This document shows, piece by piece, positions 38,201 through 50,294 of a DNA stretch of 64,000 nucleotides. Location: the NCBI GenBank assembly GCA_964016885.1, contig OZ024740.1, forward strand, positions 419,926,001 to 419,990,000, in the 5' to 3' direction. The stretch is from Eledone cirrhosa. Its lineage: Eukaryota. The notes under the pieces were generated by a model that worked only from the letters and a program-made list of their open reading frames with translations, was not told the origin of the DNA and did no database searches. The position numbers were made by a program, and so were the translations under genes. Position 1 is the first letter of the stretch; every line of letters begins with the position of its first letter.

Positions 38201-41200
38201 TCACTGTCCCATTTATGGCTACTCCCTCAGTTGGGGCTTCATGGAGTAGGTCCCCCACTGACCCATTTATGTCTACTCCCTCAGTTGGGTCTTCATGGAG
38301 TAGTTCCCTCACTGTCCCATTTATGGCTACTCCCTCAGTTGGGGCTTCATGGAGTAGGTCCCCCACTGTCCCATTTGTGTCTACTCCCTCAGTTGGGTCT
38401 TCATGGAGTAGTTCCCCCACTGTCCCATTTATGGCTACTCCCTCAGTTGGTCTTCATGGAGTAGTTCCCCCACTGTCCCATTTATGTCTACTCCCTCAGT
38501 TGGGTCTTCATGGAGTAGTTCCCCCACTGTCCCATTTATGTCTACTCCCTCAGTTGGGTCTTCATGGAGTAGTTCCCCCACTGTCCCATTTATGTCTACT
38601 CCCTCAGTTGGGTATTCATGGAGTAGTTCCCCCACTGTCCCATTTATGGCTACTCCCTCAGTTGGGTCTTCATGGAGTAGTTCCCCCACTCTCCCATTTA
38701 TGTCTACTCCCTCAGTTGGTCTTCATGGAGTAGGTCCCCCACTGTCCCATTTATGTCTACTCCCTCAGTTGGTCTTCATGGAGTAGTTCCCCCACTGTCC
38801 CATTTATGGCTACTCCCTCAGTTGGGTCTTCATGGAGTAGGTCCCCCACTGTCCCATTTATGTCTACTCCCTCAGTTGGTCTTCATGGAGTAGTTCCCTC
38901 ACTGTCCCATTTATGTCTACTCCCTCAGTTGGGTCTTCTTGGAGTAGGTCCCCCAATGTCCCATTTATGTCTACTCCCTCAGTTGGGTCTTCATGGAGTA
39001 GGTCCCCCACTGTCCCATTTATGTCTACTCCCTCAGTTGGTCTTCATGGAGTAGTTCCCCCACTGTCCCATTTATGTCTACTCCCTCAGTTGGGTCTTCA
39101 TGGAGTAGTTCCCTCACTGTCCCATTTATGGCTACTCCCTCAGTTGGGTCTTCATGGAGTAGGTCCCCCACTGTCCCATTTATGTCTACTCCCTCAGTTG
39201 GGTCTTCATGGAGTAGTTCCCCCACTGTCCCATTTATGTCTACTCCCTCAGTTGGGTCTTCATGGAGTAGTTCCCCCACTGTCCCATTTATGTCTACTCC
39301 CTCAGTTGGGTCTTCATGGAGTAGGTCCCCCACTGTCCCATTTATGTCTACTCCCTCAGTTGGGTCTTCATGGAGTAGTTCCCCCACTGTCCCATTTATG
39401 TCTACTCCCTCAGTTGGGTCTTCATGGAGTAGTTCCCCCACTGTCCCATTTATGTCTACTCCCTCAGTTGGGTCTTCATGGAGTAGTTCCCCCACTGTCC
39501 CATTTATGTCTACTCCCTCAGTTGGTCTTCATGGAGTAGTTCCCCCACTGTCCCATTTATGGCTACTCCCTCAGTTGGTCTTCATGGAGTAGTTCCCCCA
39601 CTCTCCCATTTATGTCTACTCCCTCAGTTGGTCTTCATGGAGTAGTTCCCCCACTGTCCCATTTATGTCTACTCCCTCAGTTGGTCTTCATGGAGTAGTT
39701 CCCCCACTGTCCCAGTTATGTCTACTCCCTCAGTTGGTCTTCATGGAGTAGTTCCCCCACTGTCCCATTTATGTCTACTCCCTCAGTTGGTCTTCATGGA
39801 GTAGTTCCCCCACTGTCCCATTTATGTCTACTCCCTCAGTTGTGTCTTCATGGAGTAGGTACCCCACTGTCCCATTTATGTCTACTCCCTCAGTTGGGTC
39901 TTCATGGAGTAGTTCCCCCACTGTCCCATTTATGGCTACTCCCTCAGTTGGTCTTCATGGAGTAGTTCCCCCACTGTCCCATTTATGTCTACTCCCTCAG
40001 TTGGGTCTTCATGGAGTAGTTCCCCCACTGTCCCATTTATGTCTACTCCCTAAGTTGGTCTTCATGGAGTAGTTCCCCCACTGTCCCATTTATGTCTACT
40101 CCCTCAGTTGGTCTTCATGGAGTAGGTCTCCCACTGTCCCATTTATGTCTACTCCCTCAGTTGGTCTTCATGGAGTAGTTCCCCCACTGTCCCATTTATG
40201 TCTACTCCCTCAGTTGGTCTTCATGGAGTAGTTCCCCCACTGTCCCATTTATGTCTACTCCCTCAGTTGGGTCTTCATGGAGTAGGTCCCCCACTGTCCC
40301 ATTTATGTCTACTCCCTCAGTTGGTCTTCATGGAGTAGGTCCCCCACTGTCCCATTTATGTCTACTCCCTCAGTTGGTCTTCATGGAGTAGTTCCCCCAC
40401 TGTCCCATTTATGGCTACTCCCTCAGTTGGTCTTCAGGGAGTAGTTCCCCCACTGTCCCATTTATGTCTACTCCCTCAGTTGGTCTTCAGGGAGTAGTTC
40501 CCCCACTGTCCCATTTATGTCTACTCCCTCAGTTGGGTCTTCATGGAGTAGTTCCCCCACTGTCCCATTTATGTCTACTCCCTCAGTTGGTCTTCATGGA
40601 GTAGTTCCCCCACTGTCCCATTTATGTCTACTCCCTCAGTTGGTCTTCATGGAGTAGTTCCCCCACTGTCCCATTTATGTCTACTCCCTCAGTTGGGTCT
40701 TCATGGAGTAGTTCCCCCACTGACCCATTTATGTCTACTCCCTCAGTTGGGTCTTCATGGAGTAGTTCCCTCACTGTCCCATTTATGGCTACTCCCTCAG
40801 TTGGGGCTTCATGGAGTAGGTCCCCCACTGACCCATTTATGTCTACTCCCTCAGTTGGGTCTTCATGGAGTAGTTCCCTCACTGTCCCATTTATGGCTAC
40901 TCCCTCAGTTGGGGCTTCATGGAGTAGGTCCCCCACTGTCCCATTTGTGTCTACTCCCTCAGTTGGGTCTTCATGGAGTAGTTCCCCCACTGTCCCATTT
41001 ATGGCTACTCCCTCAGTTGGTCTTCATGGAGTAGTTCCCCCACTGTCCCATTTATGTCTACTCCCTCAGTTGGGTCTTCATGGAGTAGTTCCCCCACTGT
41101 CCCATTTATGTCTACTCCCTCAGTTGGGTCTTCATGGAGTAGTTCCCCCACTGTCCCATTTATGTCTACTCCCTCAGTTGGGTATTCATGGAGTAGTTCC

Positions 41201-44200
41201 CCCACTGTCCCATTTATGGCTACTCCCTCAGTTGGGTCTTCATGGAGTAGTTCCCCCACTCTCCCATTTATGTCTACTCCCTCAGTTGGTCTTCATGGAG
41301 TAGGTCCCCCACTGTCCCATTTATGTCTACTCCCTCAGTTGGTCTTCATGGAGTAGTTCCCCCACTGTCCCATTTATGGCTACTCCCTCAGTTGGGTCTT
41401 CATGGAGTAGGTCCCCCACTGTCCCATTTATGTCTACTCCCTCAGTTGGTCTTCATGGAGTAGTTCCCTCACTGTCCCATTTATGTCTACTCCCTCAGTT
41501 GGGTCTTCTTGGAGTAGGTCCCCCAATGTCCCATTTATGTCTACTCCCTCAGTTGGGTCTTCATGGAGTAGGTCCCCCACTGTCCCATTTATGTCTACTC
41601 CCTCAGTTGGTCTTCATGGAGTAGTTCCCCCACTGTCCCATTTATGTCTACTCCCTCAGTTGGGTCTTCATGGAGTAGTTCCCTCACTGTCCCATTTATG
41701 GCTACTCCCTCAGTTGGGTCTTCATGGAGTAGGTCCCCCACTGTCCCATTTATGTCTACTCCCTCAGTTGGGTCTTCATGGAGTAGTTCCCCCACTGTCC
41801 CATTTATGTCTACTCCCTCAGTTGGGTCTTCATGGAGTAGTTCCCCCACTGTCCCATTTATGTCTACTCCCTCAGTTGGGTCTTCATGGAGTAGGTCCCC
41901 CACTGTCCCATTTATGTCTACTCCCTCAGTTGGGTCTTCATGGAGTAGTTCCCCCACTGTCCCATTTATGTCTACTCCCTCAGTTGGGTCTTCATGGAGT
42001 AGTTCCCCCACTGTCCCATTTATGTCTACTCCCTCAGTTGGGTCTTCATGGAGTAGTTCCCCCACTGTCCCATTTATGTCTACTCCCTCAGTTGGTCTTC
42101 ATGGAGTAGTTCCCCCACTGTCCCATTTATGGCTACTCCCTCAGTTGGTCTTCATGGAGTAGTTCCCCCACTCTCCCATTTATGTCTACTCCCTCAGTTG
42201 GTCTTCATGGAGTAGTTCCCCCACTGTCCCATTTATGTCTACTCCCTCAGTTGGTCTTCATGGAGTAGTTCCCCCACTGTCCCAGTTATGTCTACTCCCT
42301 CAGTTGGTCTTCATGGAGTAGTTCCCCCACTGTCCCATTTATGTCTACTCCCTCAGTTGGTCTTCATGGAGTAGTTCCCCCACTGTCCCATTTATGTCTA
42401 CTCCCTCAGTTGTGTCTTCATGGAGTAGGTACCCCACTGTCCCATTTATGTCTACTCCCTCAGTTGGGTCTTCATGGAGTAGTTCCCTCACTGTCCCATT
42501 TATGGCTACTCCCTCAGTTGGGTCTTCATGGAGTAGGTCCCCCACTGTCCCATTTATGTCTACTCCCTCAGTTGGGTCTTCATGGAGTAGTTCCCCCACT
42601 GTCCCATTTATGTCTACTCCCTCAGTTGGTCTTCATGGAGTAGTTCCCCCACTGTCCCATTTATGTCTACTCCCTCAGTTGGGTCTTCATGGAGTAGTTC
42701 CCCCACTGACCCATTTATGTCTACTCCCTCAGTTGGGTCTTCATGGAGTAGTTCCCTCACTGTCCCATTTATGGCTACTCCCTCAGTTGGGTCTTCATGG
42801 AGTAGTTCCCCCACTGTCCCATTTATGTCTACTCCCTCAGTTGGTCTTCATTGAGTAGGTCTCCCACTGTCCCATTTATGTCTACTCCCTCAGTTGGGTC
42901 TTCACGGAGTAGTTCCCCCACTGTCCCATTTATGGCTACTCCCCCAGTTGGGTCTTCATGGAGTAGTTCCCTCACTGTCCCATTTATGTCTACTCCCTCA
43001 GTTGGGTCTTCATGGAGTAGGTCCCCCACTGTCCCATTTATGTCTACTCCCTCAGTTGGGTCTTCATGGAGTAGTTCCCCCACTGTCCCATTTATGTATA
43101 CTCCCTCAGTTGGGTTTTCATGGAGTAGTTCCCCCACTGTCCCATTTATGTCTACTCCCTCAGTTGGGTCTTCATGGAGTAGGTCCCCACTGTCCCATTT
43201 ATGTCTACTCCCTCAGTTGGGTCTTCATGGAGTAGTTCCCTCACTGTCCCATTTATGGCTACTCCCTCAGTTGGGTCTTCATGGAGTAGGTCCCCCACTG
43301 TCCCATTTATGTCTACTCCCTCAGTTGGGTCTTCATGGAGTAGTTCCCCCACTGTCCCATTTATGGCTACTCCCTCAGTTGGCCTTCATGGAGTAGTTCC
43401 CCCACTGTCCCATTTATGGCTACTCCCTCAGTTGGTCTTCATGGAGTAGTTCCCCCACTGTCCCATTTATGTCTACTCCCTCAGTTGGTCTTCATGGAGT
43501 AGTTCCCCCACTGTCCCATTTATGTCTACTCCCTCAGTTGGTCTTCATGGAGTAGGTCTCCCACTGTCCCATTTATGTCTACTCCCTCAGTTGGGTCTTC
43601 ATGGAGTAGTTCCCCCACTGTCCCATTTATGTCTACTCCCTCAGTTGGTCTTCATGGAGTAGTTCCCCCACTGTCCCATTTATGTCTACTCCCTCAGTTG
43701 GGTCTTCATGGAGTAGTTCCCCCACTGTCCCATTTATGTCTACTCCCTCAGTTGGGTCTTCATGGAGTAGTTCCCCCACTATCCCATTTATGGCTACTCC
43801 CTCAGTTGGTCTTCATGGAGTAGTCGCCCCACTGTCCCATTTATGTCTACTCCCTCAGTTGGGTCGTCATGGAGTAGTTCCCCCACTGTCCCATTTATGT
43901 CTACTCCCTCAGTTGGTCTTCATGGAGTAGTTCCCCCACTGTCCCATTTATGTCTACTCCCTCAGTTGGTCTTCATGGAGTAGTTCCCCCACTGTCCCAT
44001 TTATGTCTACTCCCTCAGTTGGGTCTTCATGGAGTAGTTCCCTCACTGTCCCATTTATGGCTACTCCCTCAGTTGGGGCTTCATGGAGTAGGTCCCCCAC
44101 TGTCCCATTTATGTCTACTCCCTCAGTTGGGTCTTCATGGAGTAGTTCCCCCACTGTCCCATTTATGGCTACTCCCTCAGTTGGTCTTCATGGAGTAGTT

Positions 44201-46671
44201 CCCCCACTGACCCATTTATGTCTACTCCCTCAGTTGGTCTTCATGGAGTAGGTCTCCCACTGTCCCATTTATGTCTACTCCCTCAGTTGGGTCTTCATGG
44301 AGTAGTTCCCCCACTGTCCCATTTATGTCTACTCCCTCAGTTGGGTCTTCATGGAGTAGTTCCCCCACTGTCCCATTTATGTCTACTCCCTCAGTTGGGT
44401 CTTCATGGAGTAGTTCCCCCACTGTCCCATTTATGGCTACTCCCTCAGTTGGTCTTCATGGAGTAGTTGCCCCACTGTCCCATTTATGTCTACTCCCTCA
44501 GTTGGTCTTCATGGAGTAGTTCCCCCACTGTCCCATTTATGTCTACTCCCTCAGTTGGTCTTCATGGAGTAGTTCCCCCACTGTCCCATTTATGTCTACT
44601 CCCTCAGTTGGATCTTCATGGAGTAGTTCCCCCACTGTCCCATTTATGTCTACTCCCTCAGTTGGGTCTTCATGGAGTAGTTCCCCCACTGTCCCATTTA
44701 TGTCTACTCCCTCAGTTGGTCTTCATGGAGTAGTTCCCCCACTGTCCCATTTATGTCTACTCCCTCAGTTGGGTCTTCATGGAGTAGTTCCCCACTGTCC
44801 CATTTATGTCTACTCCCTCAGTTGGTCTTCATGGAGTAGTTCCCCCACTGTCCCATTTATGGCTACTCCCTCAGTTGGTCTTCATGGAGTAGTTCCCCCA
44901 CTGTCCCATTTATGTCTACTTCCTCAGTTGGGTCTTCATGGAGTAGTTCCCCCACTGTCCCATTTATGTCTACTCCCTCAGTTGGGTCTTCATGGAGTAG
45001 TTCCCCCACTGTCCCATTTATGTCTACTCCCTCAGTTGGTCTTCATGGAGTAGTTCCCCCACTGTCCCATTTATGTCTACTCCCTCAGTTGGGTCTTCAT
45101 GGAGTAGTTCCCCACTGTCCCATTTATGTCTACTCCCTCAGTTGGTCTTCATGGAGTAGTTCCCCCACTGTCCCATTTATGTCTACTCCCTCAGTTGGGT
45201 CTTCATGGAGTAGTTCCCCACTGTCCCATTTATGTCTACTCCCTCAGTTGGTCTTCATGGAGTAGTTCCCCCACTGTCCCATTTATGGCTACTCCCTCAG
45301 TTGGTCTTCATGGAGTAGTTCCCCCACTGTCCCATTTATGTCTACTCCCTCAGTTGGGTCTTCATGGAGTAGTTCCCCCACTGTCCCATTTATGGCTACT
45401 CCCTCAGTTGGTCTTCATGGAGTAGTTGCCCCACTGTCCCATTTATGTCTACTCCCTCAGTTGGTCTTCATGGAGTAGTTCCCCCACTGTCCCATTTATG
45501 TCTACTCCCTCAGTTGATCTTCATGGAGTAGTTCCCCCACTGTCCCATTTATGTCTACTCCCTCAGTTGGTCTTCATGGAGTAGTTCCCTCACTGTCCCA
45601 TTTATGGCTACTCCCTCAGTTGGGTCTTCATGGAGTAGTTCCACCACTGTCCCATTTATGTCTACTCCCTCAGTTGGTCTTCATGGAGTAGTTCCCCCAC
45701 TGTCCCATTTATGTCTACTCCCTCAGTTGGTCTTCATGGAGTAGTTCCCCCACTGTCTCATTTATGGCTACTCCCTCAGTTGGTCTTCATGGAGTAGTTC
45801 CCCCACTGTCCCATTTATGGCTACTCCCTCAGTTGGTCTTCATGGAGTAGTTCCCCCACTGTCTCATTTATGGCTACTCCCTCAGTTGGTCTTCATGGAG
45901 TAGTTCCCCCACTGTCCCATTTATGGCTACTCCCTCAGTTGGTCTTCATGGAGTAGTTCCCCCACTCTCCCATTTATGTCTGCTCCCTCAGTTGGGTCTT
46001 CATGGAGTAGTTCCCCCACTGTCCCATTTATGTCTACTCCCTCAGTTGGTCTTCATGGAGTAGTTCCCCCCTGTACCATTTATGGCTACTCCCTCAGTTG
46101 GTCTTCATGGAGTAGTTCCCCCACTGTCCCATTTATGTCTACTCCCTCAGTTGGGTCTTCATGGAGTAGTTCCCCCACTGTCCCATTTATGTCTACTCCC
46201 TCAGTTGGGTCTTCATGGCGTAGTTCCCCCACTGTCCCATTTATGGCTACTCCCTCAGTTGGTCTTCGTGGAGTAGTTCCCCCACTGTCCCATTTATGGC
46301 TACTCCCTCAGTTGGTCTTCATGGAGTAGTTCCCCCACTCTCCCATTTATGGCTACTCCCTCAGTTGGTCTTCATGGAGTAGGTCCCCCACTGTCCCATT
46401 TATGTCTACTCCCTCAGTTGGGTCTTCATGGAGTAGTTCCCCCACTGTCCCATTTATGGCTACTCCCTGAGTTGGTCTTCATGGAGTAGTTCCCCCACTG
46501 TCCCATTTATGTCTACTCCCTCAGTTGGGTCTTCATGGAGTAGTTCCCCCACTGTCCCATTTATGGCTACTCCCTCAGTTGGTCTTCATGGAGTAGTTCC
46601 CCCACCGTCCCATTTATGGCTACTCCCTCAGTTGGGTCTTCATGGAGTAGTTCCCCCACTGTCCCATTTAT
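32265..46671. repeat. 53/54-bp tandem array, 14.4 kb (~270 units), with higher-order repeats
   Basis: Unit TTTATGTCTACTCCCTCAGTTGG(G)TCTTCATGGAGTAGTTCCCCCACTGTCCCA; identical ORF blocks recur at 645, 2570 and 4395 bp spacing. Confidence 0.98.
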
Positions 46672-47610
46672 TTTCTTTGTTCATCAATCTTTACTCACTT
46701 TCATGTATCTTTTTTTTTCAGCATCAGTCAGGGCAAGTGTTCTACTATCATTTCAGACACATTTTCCCCTAAACACATCTCGATTTTCTCTAGCACACTA
46801 TCTCACACTTCATGTCTCTGATCCTCATAATGTAGAAATTGTACAAACTTCTTCACTTCTGCTTCTCCCCTTTCCAACTTTGTATTTTTGTTTTTAGGGC
46901 TCTATCAACCCTATTGTTCCACCACTACATCACTCTTCATCTTGCTGGAACCTTGCTCCAACCACAAATCTGGTCCATGGTATTCAGCATGTTGTTTCAT
47001 AGAAATTCACAGTTTTTCTCTATGTTATAAGTCTTAACGCTTTCATGACCACATTTCTAATGAAATACACTCTATTGCAATTAATTAATGAAGAATTTTG
47101 AGGGATTTACTAAAATTATTAATTATTTCATTACTAAGATAGTAACTTAATGTAAGGGTCTTATATAAAATTATGTTGGGAGATTTTAATTTACGTTGGA
47201 AAACTTTAAAATGGGTGAGTTTATTTCATAGAACTAGAGCCGGTTTTGGCTTGGTTGGTAACAAAAGGATTAATCTCTTTTTTGATACTGATATAATCAT
47301 CAAGTAGAATTTGTTGCCAGCTGAAGGTTCTTTCAGCTTCCGTGTCTTCCTTCTCTAGACTGATTTTTGTCTCTTAGTCCATCTAGTCCTTACTCCAAGG
47401 TCACTTATAACTAATCTCTGTTGGGAGGTACATTCTTCACCAGGAAAAGACTTGGTATTTACCACCATTTGTCTATCTGTCTATCTCATTTCCTGGTAAG
47501 AATGAAGTTTATTTGGCTATCTGTCTCTGATTGGTAGGTAATCAGGTGGCGGTTTCCTGACATTTGTGTTGCAAATGGTTAGGTCATATACATCACACAA
47601 GAGTTGTGTG
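46672..47610 (-). mobile_element. RTE LINE, endonuclease/linker half (decayed)
   Basis: Minus strand CDVYDLTICNTN..HLITYQSETDSQINFILTR (APE C-terminal motif) near 47490-47600 and RLMNKENKWDS running into the array. Confidence 0.8.
47034..47273. mobile_element. TTAA-flanked MITE (second piggyBac-like family)
   Basis: TTAA CGCTTTCATGACC ... GGTAACAAAAGGA TTAA; related fragments at ~2210-2347 and ~29610-29763. Confidence 0.55.
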
Positions 47611-47700
47611 ATATATTTATATATATATAAGATCCTGAGTTAAATTGGGGGGTCACCACAGTAAATAAGGTACTCAATACATTTGTAGAGTGTATATATC

Positions 47701-47816
47701 ATTATTTAATATAGAAATGGCTTCTACGGGGCTAGAGCTGTTTCATTTGTATGATGATGATTTTATATGAATGAAACAGTTCTAGTCCTGTAGAAGCCAT
47801 TTCTATATTAAATAAT
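47701..47816 (+). repeat. Long inverted repeat, 54-bp stem with 8-nt loop
   Basis: Base-by-base check gives 48 Watson-Crick and 6 G-T pairs with no other mismatch. Confidence 0.95.
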
Positions 47817-47995
47817 TGTTTCTACTTTTGGCACAAGGCCAGCAATTATCCCAGTGTATTACTGGTACTTTATTTTATCGACCCCGTAAGGATGAAAGGC
47901 AAAGTTAACCTCGGCGGGATTTGAACTCAGTCCGTAAAGGGACGTAACTATACTGCAAAGCATGGCGTCCGACCCTCTACCGATACTGCCAATCT
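47817..47995 (-). mobile_element. SINE family A
   Basis: Near-identical to 31274-31451. Confidence 0.9.
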
Positions 47996-48162
47996 AAATG
48001 ATATATATATATATAAACTGGTTTTATATACAATATATATATATATATATATAAATCAAAATAGAACCAGTTTAAAACTAGTTAGACCATTACTCAACAG
48101 AGTACTTGATACTTGGGGTGTAGTAGAGCATGGCTATATTATAACAAGTTGGGACCTGAAAA

Positions 48163-48226
48163 GCTGAGCTATTGCTGTTTCAACAGCTAATTCTGGACTC
48201 AGTTGTTGAAATGGTAACAGCTCAGC
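48163..48226 (+). repeat. Inverted repeat, 26-bp stem with 12-nt loop
   Basis: GCTGAGCTATTGCTGTTTCAACAGCT / AGTTGTTGAAATGGTAACAGCTCAGC; 4 G-T pairs, 1 A-C. Confidence 0.9.
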
Positions 48227-48238
48227 CAATGGATTCCA

Positions 48239-48276
<38 letters not shown>

Positions 48277-48414
48277 CATCATCATCATCATCATCATCAT
48301 CGTTTAACGTCCGTGTTCCACGCTTGCATATACCATATTTAGTTATAATTTATATATGTTTAATATATATCGATTATGTTTCTCAACAAAAAGCCTCCTT
48401 GGACATTAGTTTAA

Positions 48415-48623
48415 CCCTTTAGTATTTACACTACTCTATATTTCCTATTGTATATTCATGGTAAAGGCTTCATCTTACAAAATCTCGAGTCTACGAGATT
48501 TTGATGATGTCATTGTTTATCTGAAGAATGATATCTTAATGTTGGTGTGAGCTGCTGGTTACAGCTGGTTTCGAAAATGGGAAAGAATTCTGGCAGGCTA
48601 CAACCGGTTTAAATGCTAAAGGG
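48415..48623. mobile_element. piggyBac-like MITE (209 bp)
   Basis: TTAA|CCCTTTAGTATTTA...TAAATGCTAAAGGG|TTAA. Confidence 0.85.
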
Positions 48624-49009
48624 TTAAACAATATATAAAAAAAGTTATATATACAGAACAGATAATACGTAAGTAAATATACTTACTCCATGCATACATA
48701 CACACATATACACATACATACACACATACACATATACACATTTGAATGTTCCTTCCTAAAGCCAGCTGTGAAAAATCCCTGATGTTATTGCTTACACTTG
48801 AAACTAAATTGGGTTATTCCCATGGAAAACATTGAACTTATCTTTGTACCAGAATGTTCCCCTTTTATTTATTTATTTTCCTGTCAGATTAACTTAATTA
48901 GAACCAATGCTGAGGTTGACACAGTTAAACTAATTATTGTTATCATCGTTAATGATGTTGTTTAAAAATTACTTGACCGGAATAACATTACAACTAATAA
49001 TGATTTTTA

Positions 49010-49215
49010 TCTTCAGGCACAAGGCCAGCAATTTGGGGTGGGGAGGTTGATTATATCAACCCCAGCACTTTACTGGTATTTTATTTTATCAACCCAGTAC
49101 TTTACTGGTACTTTATTTTATCAACTCCAGTATTTTACTGGTACTTTATTTTATCAACCCTAGCAGAATGAAAGACAAAGTTGACCTCAGTGGGATTTGA
49201 ACTCAGAACAAATTC
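49010..49215 (-). mobile_element. SINE family A variant with internal tandem amplification
   Basis: ~31-bp TATCAACCCAGTACTTTACTGGTACTTTATTT repeated about three times within the SINE body. Confidence 0.75.
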
Positions 49216-49287
49216 TGCAAGATATTTTGTTCACTGTTCTATTTTACCAGTGCATTCATAAGTTTTATATTGAATAATAATAATATG

Positions 49288-49646
49288 ATTAATATTCAAT
49301 TTGTTTGCAAACAAACAGCCTCATAACACCGTATGTTTTAGACGACTATTGTCATCCTTTTGTTGTAGTGAATGTGTCTACTATGTTAGAGTGAAAACAA
49401 ATTGTTTTTAATTTTCGCCAAAACTTACGGGTAAAATCTCTCGGTATGCAAATTAGGCTAATGAGTCGATGTATAGTTTAGAGAATACTATATATTCTCA
49501 AGAGTTGTAGTGGGTCGCAGAGACACACCATCTTGACAATTGTAGATTGTCTCTCTCTGCTACTGCGAGAACAAAAGGATGAAATTAGTCATCTAAAATA
49601 CACAGCATTATGAGGCTGTTTGCTTGCAAACAAATCAAATATTAAT
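49288..49646. mobile_element. MITE with ~60-bp terminal inverted repeats, superfamily unclear
   Basis: ATTAATATTCAATTTGTTTGCAAACAAACAGCCTCATAA... / ...TTATGAGGCTGTTTGCTTGCAAACAAATCAAATATTAAT. Confidence 0.8.
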
Positions 49647-49668
49647 AATGATATCATTATTATTATTA

Positions 49669-49863
49669 GGGTTGGCAGTATCGGTAGAGGGTCGGACACC
49701 CTGCTTTGCAAGCAAAGAGTTACGGCCCTTTATGGTCTGAGTTCAAATCCCGCCGAGGTTAACTCTGCCTTTCATCCTTTCTGGCTCGATAAAATAAAGT
49801 ACCAGTAATACACTGGGCTAATTGCTGGCCTTGTGCCAAAAGTAGAAACAATTATTATTATTA
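49669..49863 (+). mobile_element. SINE family A, full length, (ATT)n on both sides
   Basis: TGGCAGTATCGG A box, GAGTTCAAATCC B box, central GCCTTTCATCC...GATAAAATAAAGTACCAG. Confidence 0.9.
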
Positions 49864-50274
49864 CTAGCATTGGTTTCCTGCTAGCATGTGTAGTGTGTAT
49901 ATTGATATTATACACAAGTATATATACATGTAGATATGATACATCAAATAACATCGCCACCAGAAGTGTTGACATCACACACTCTCTCTTTCTATATATA
50001 TGGTGGTGGTGGTGGTGGTGGCGGTGGCGGCGCCGGCGGCGGCGGCGATATACCGGAAGTGCAACTTTGAAAAAAAGTCAATTTTAAATTATTTATTTTT
50101 ACAAAATTATTTTTGTTTACGAAATTGAGTAGATAAATTATGTAATATTCATTATTTATTCAAAGTAATCCAACTTATTTTACTAATGGGATAAAAAGAA
50201 ATAAACCGTATGCAGTCCCGCAGACCTTCCTTTATTATAGGGTACAAGCCGAAGCTGAGGCTGAAGCATATAGA
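49864..50274 (-). mobile_element. Non-autonomous Helitron, second copy (internally deleted)
   Basis: Reverse complement of 12095-12350 and 12510-12590; ends GCTAG|T; 5' boundary uncertain (50240 or 50274). Confidence 0.75.
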
Positions 50275-50294
50275 CACTATGCCCCCACACCCTC

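Noticed and set aside
32184-46897. Dozens of mucin-like STPSVGSSW ORFs
   Set aside because: The 53/54-bp indel breaks frame constantly; the meaningful frame is the ancestral LINE frame on minus
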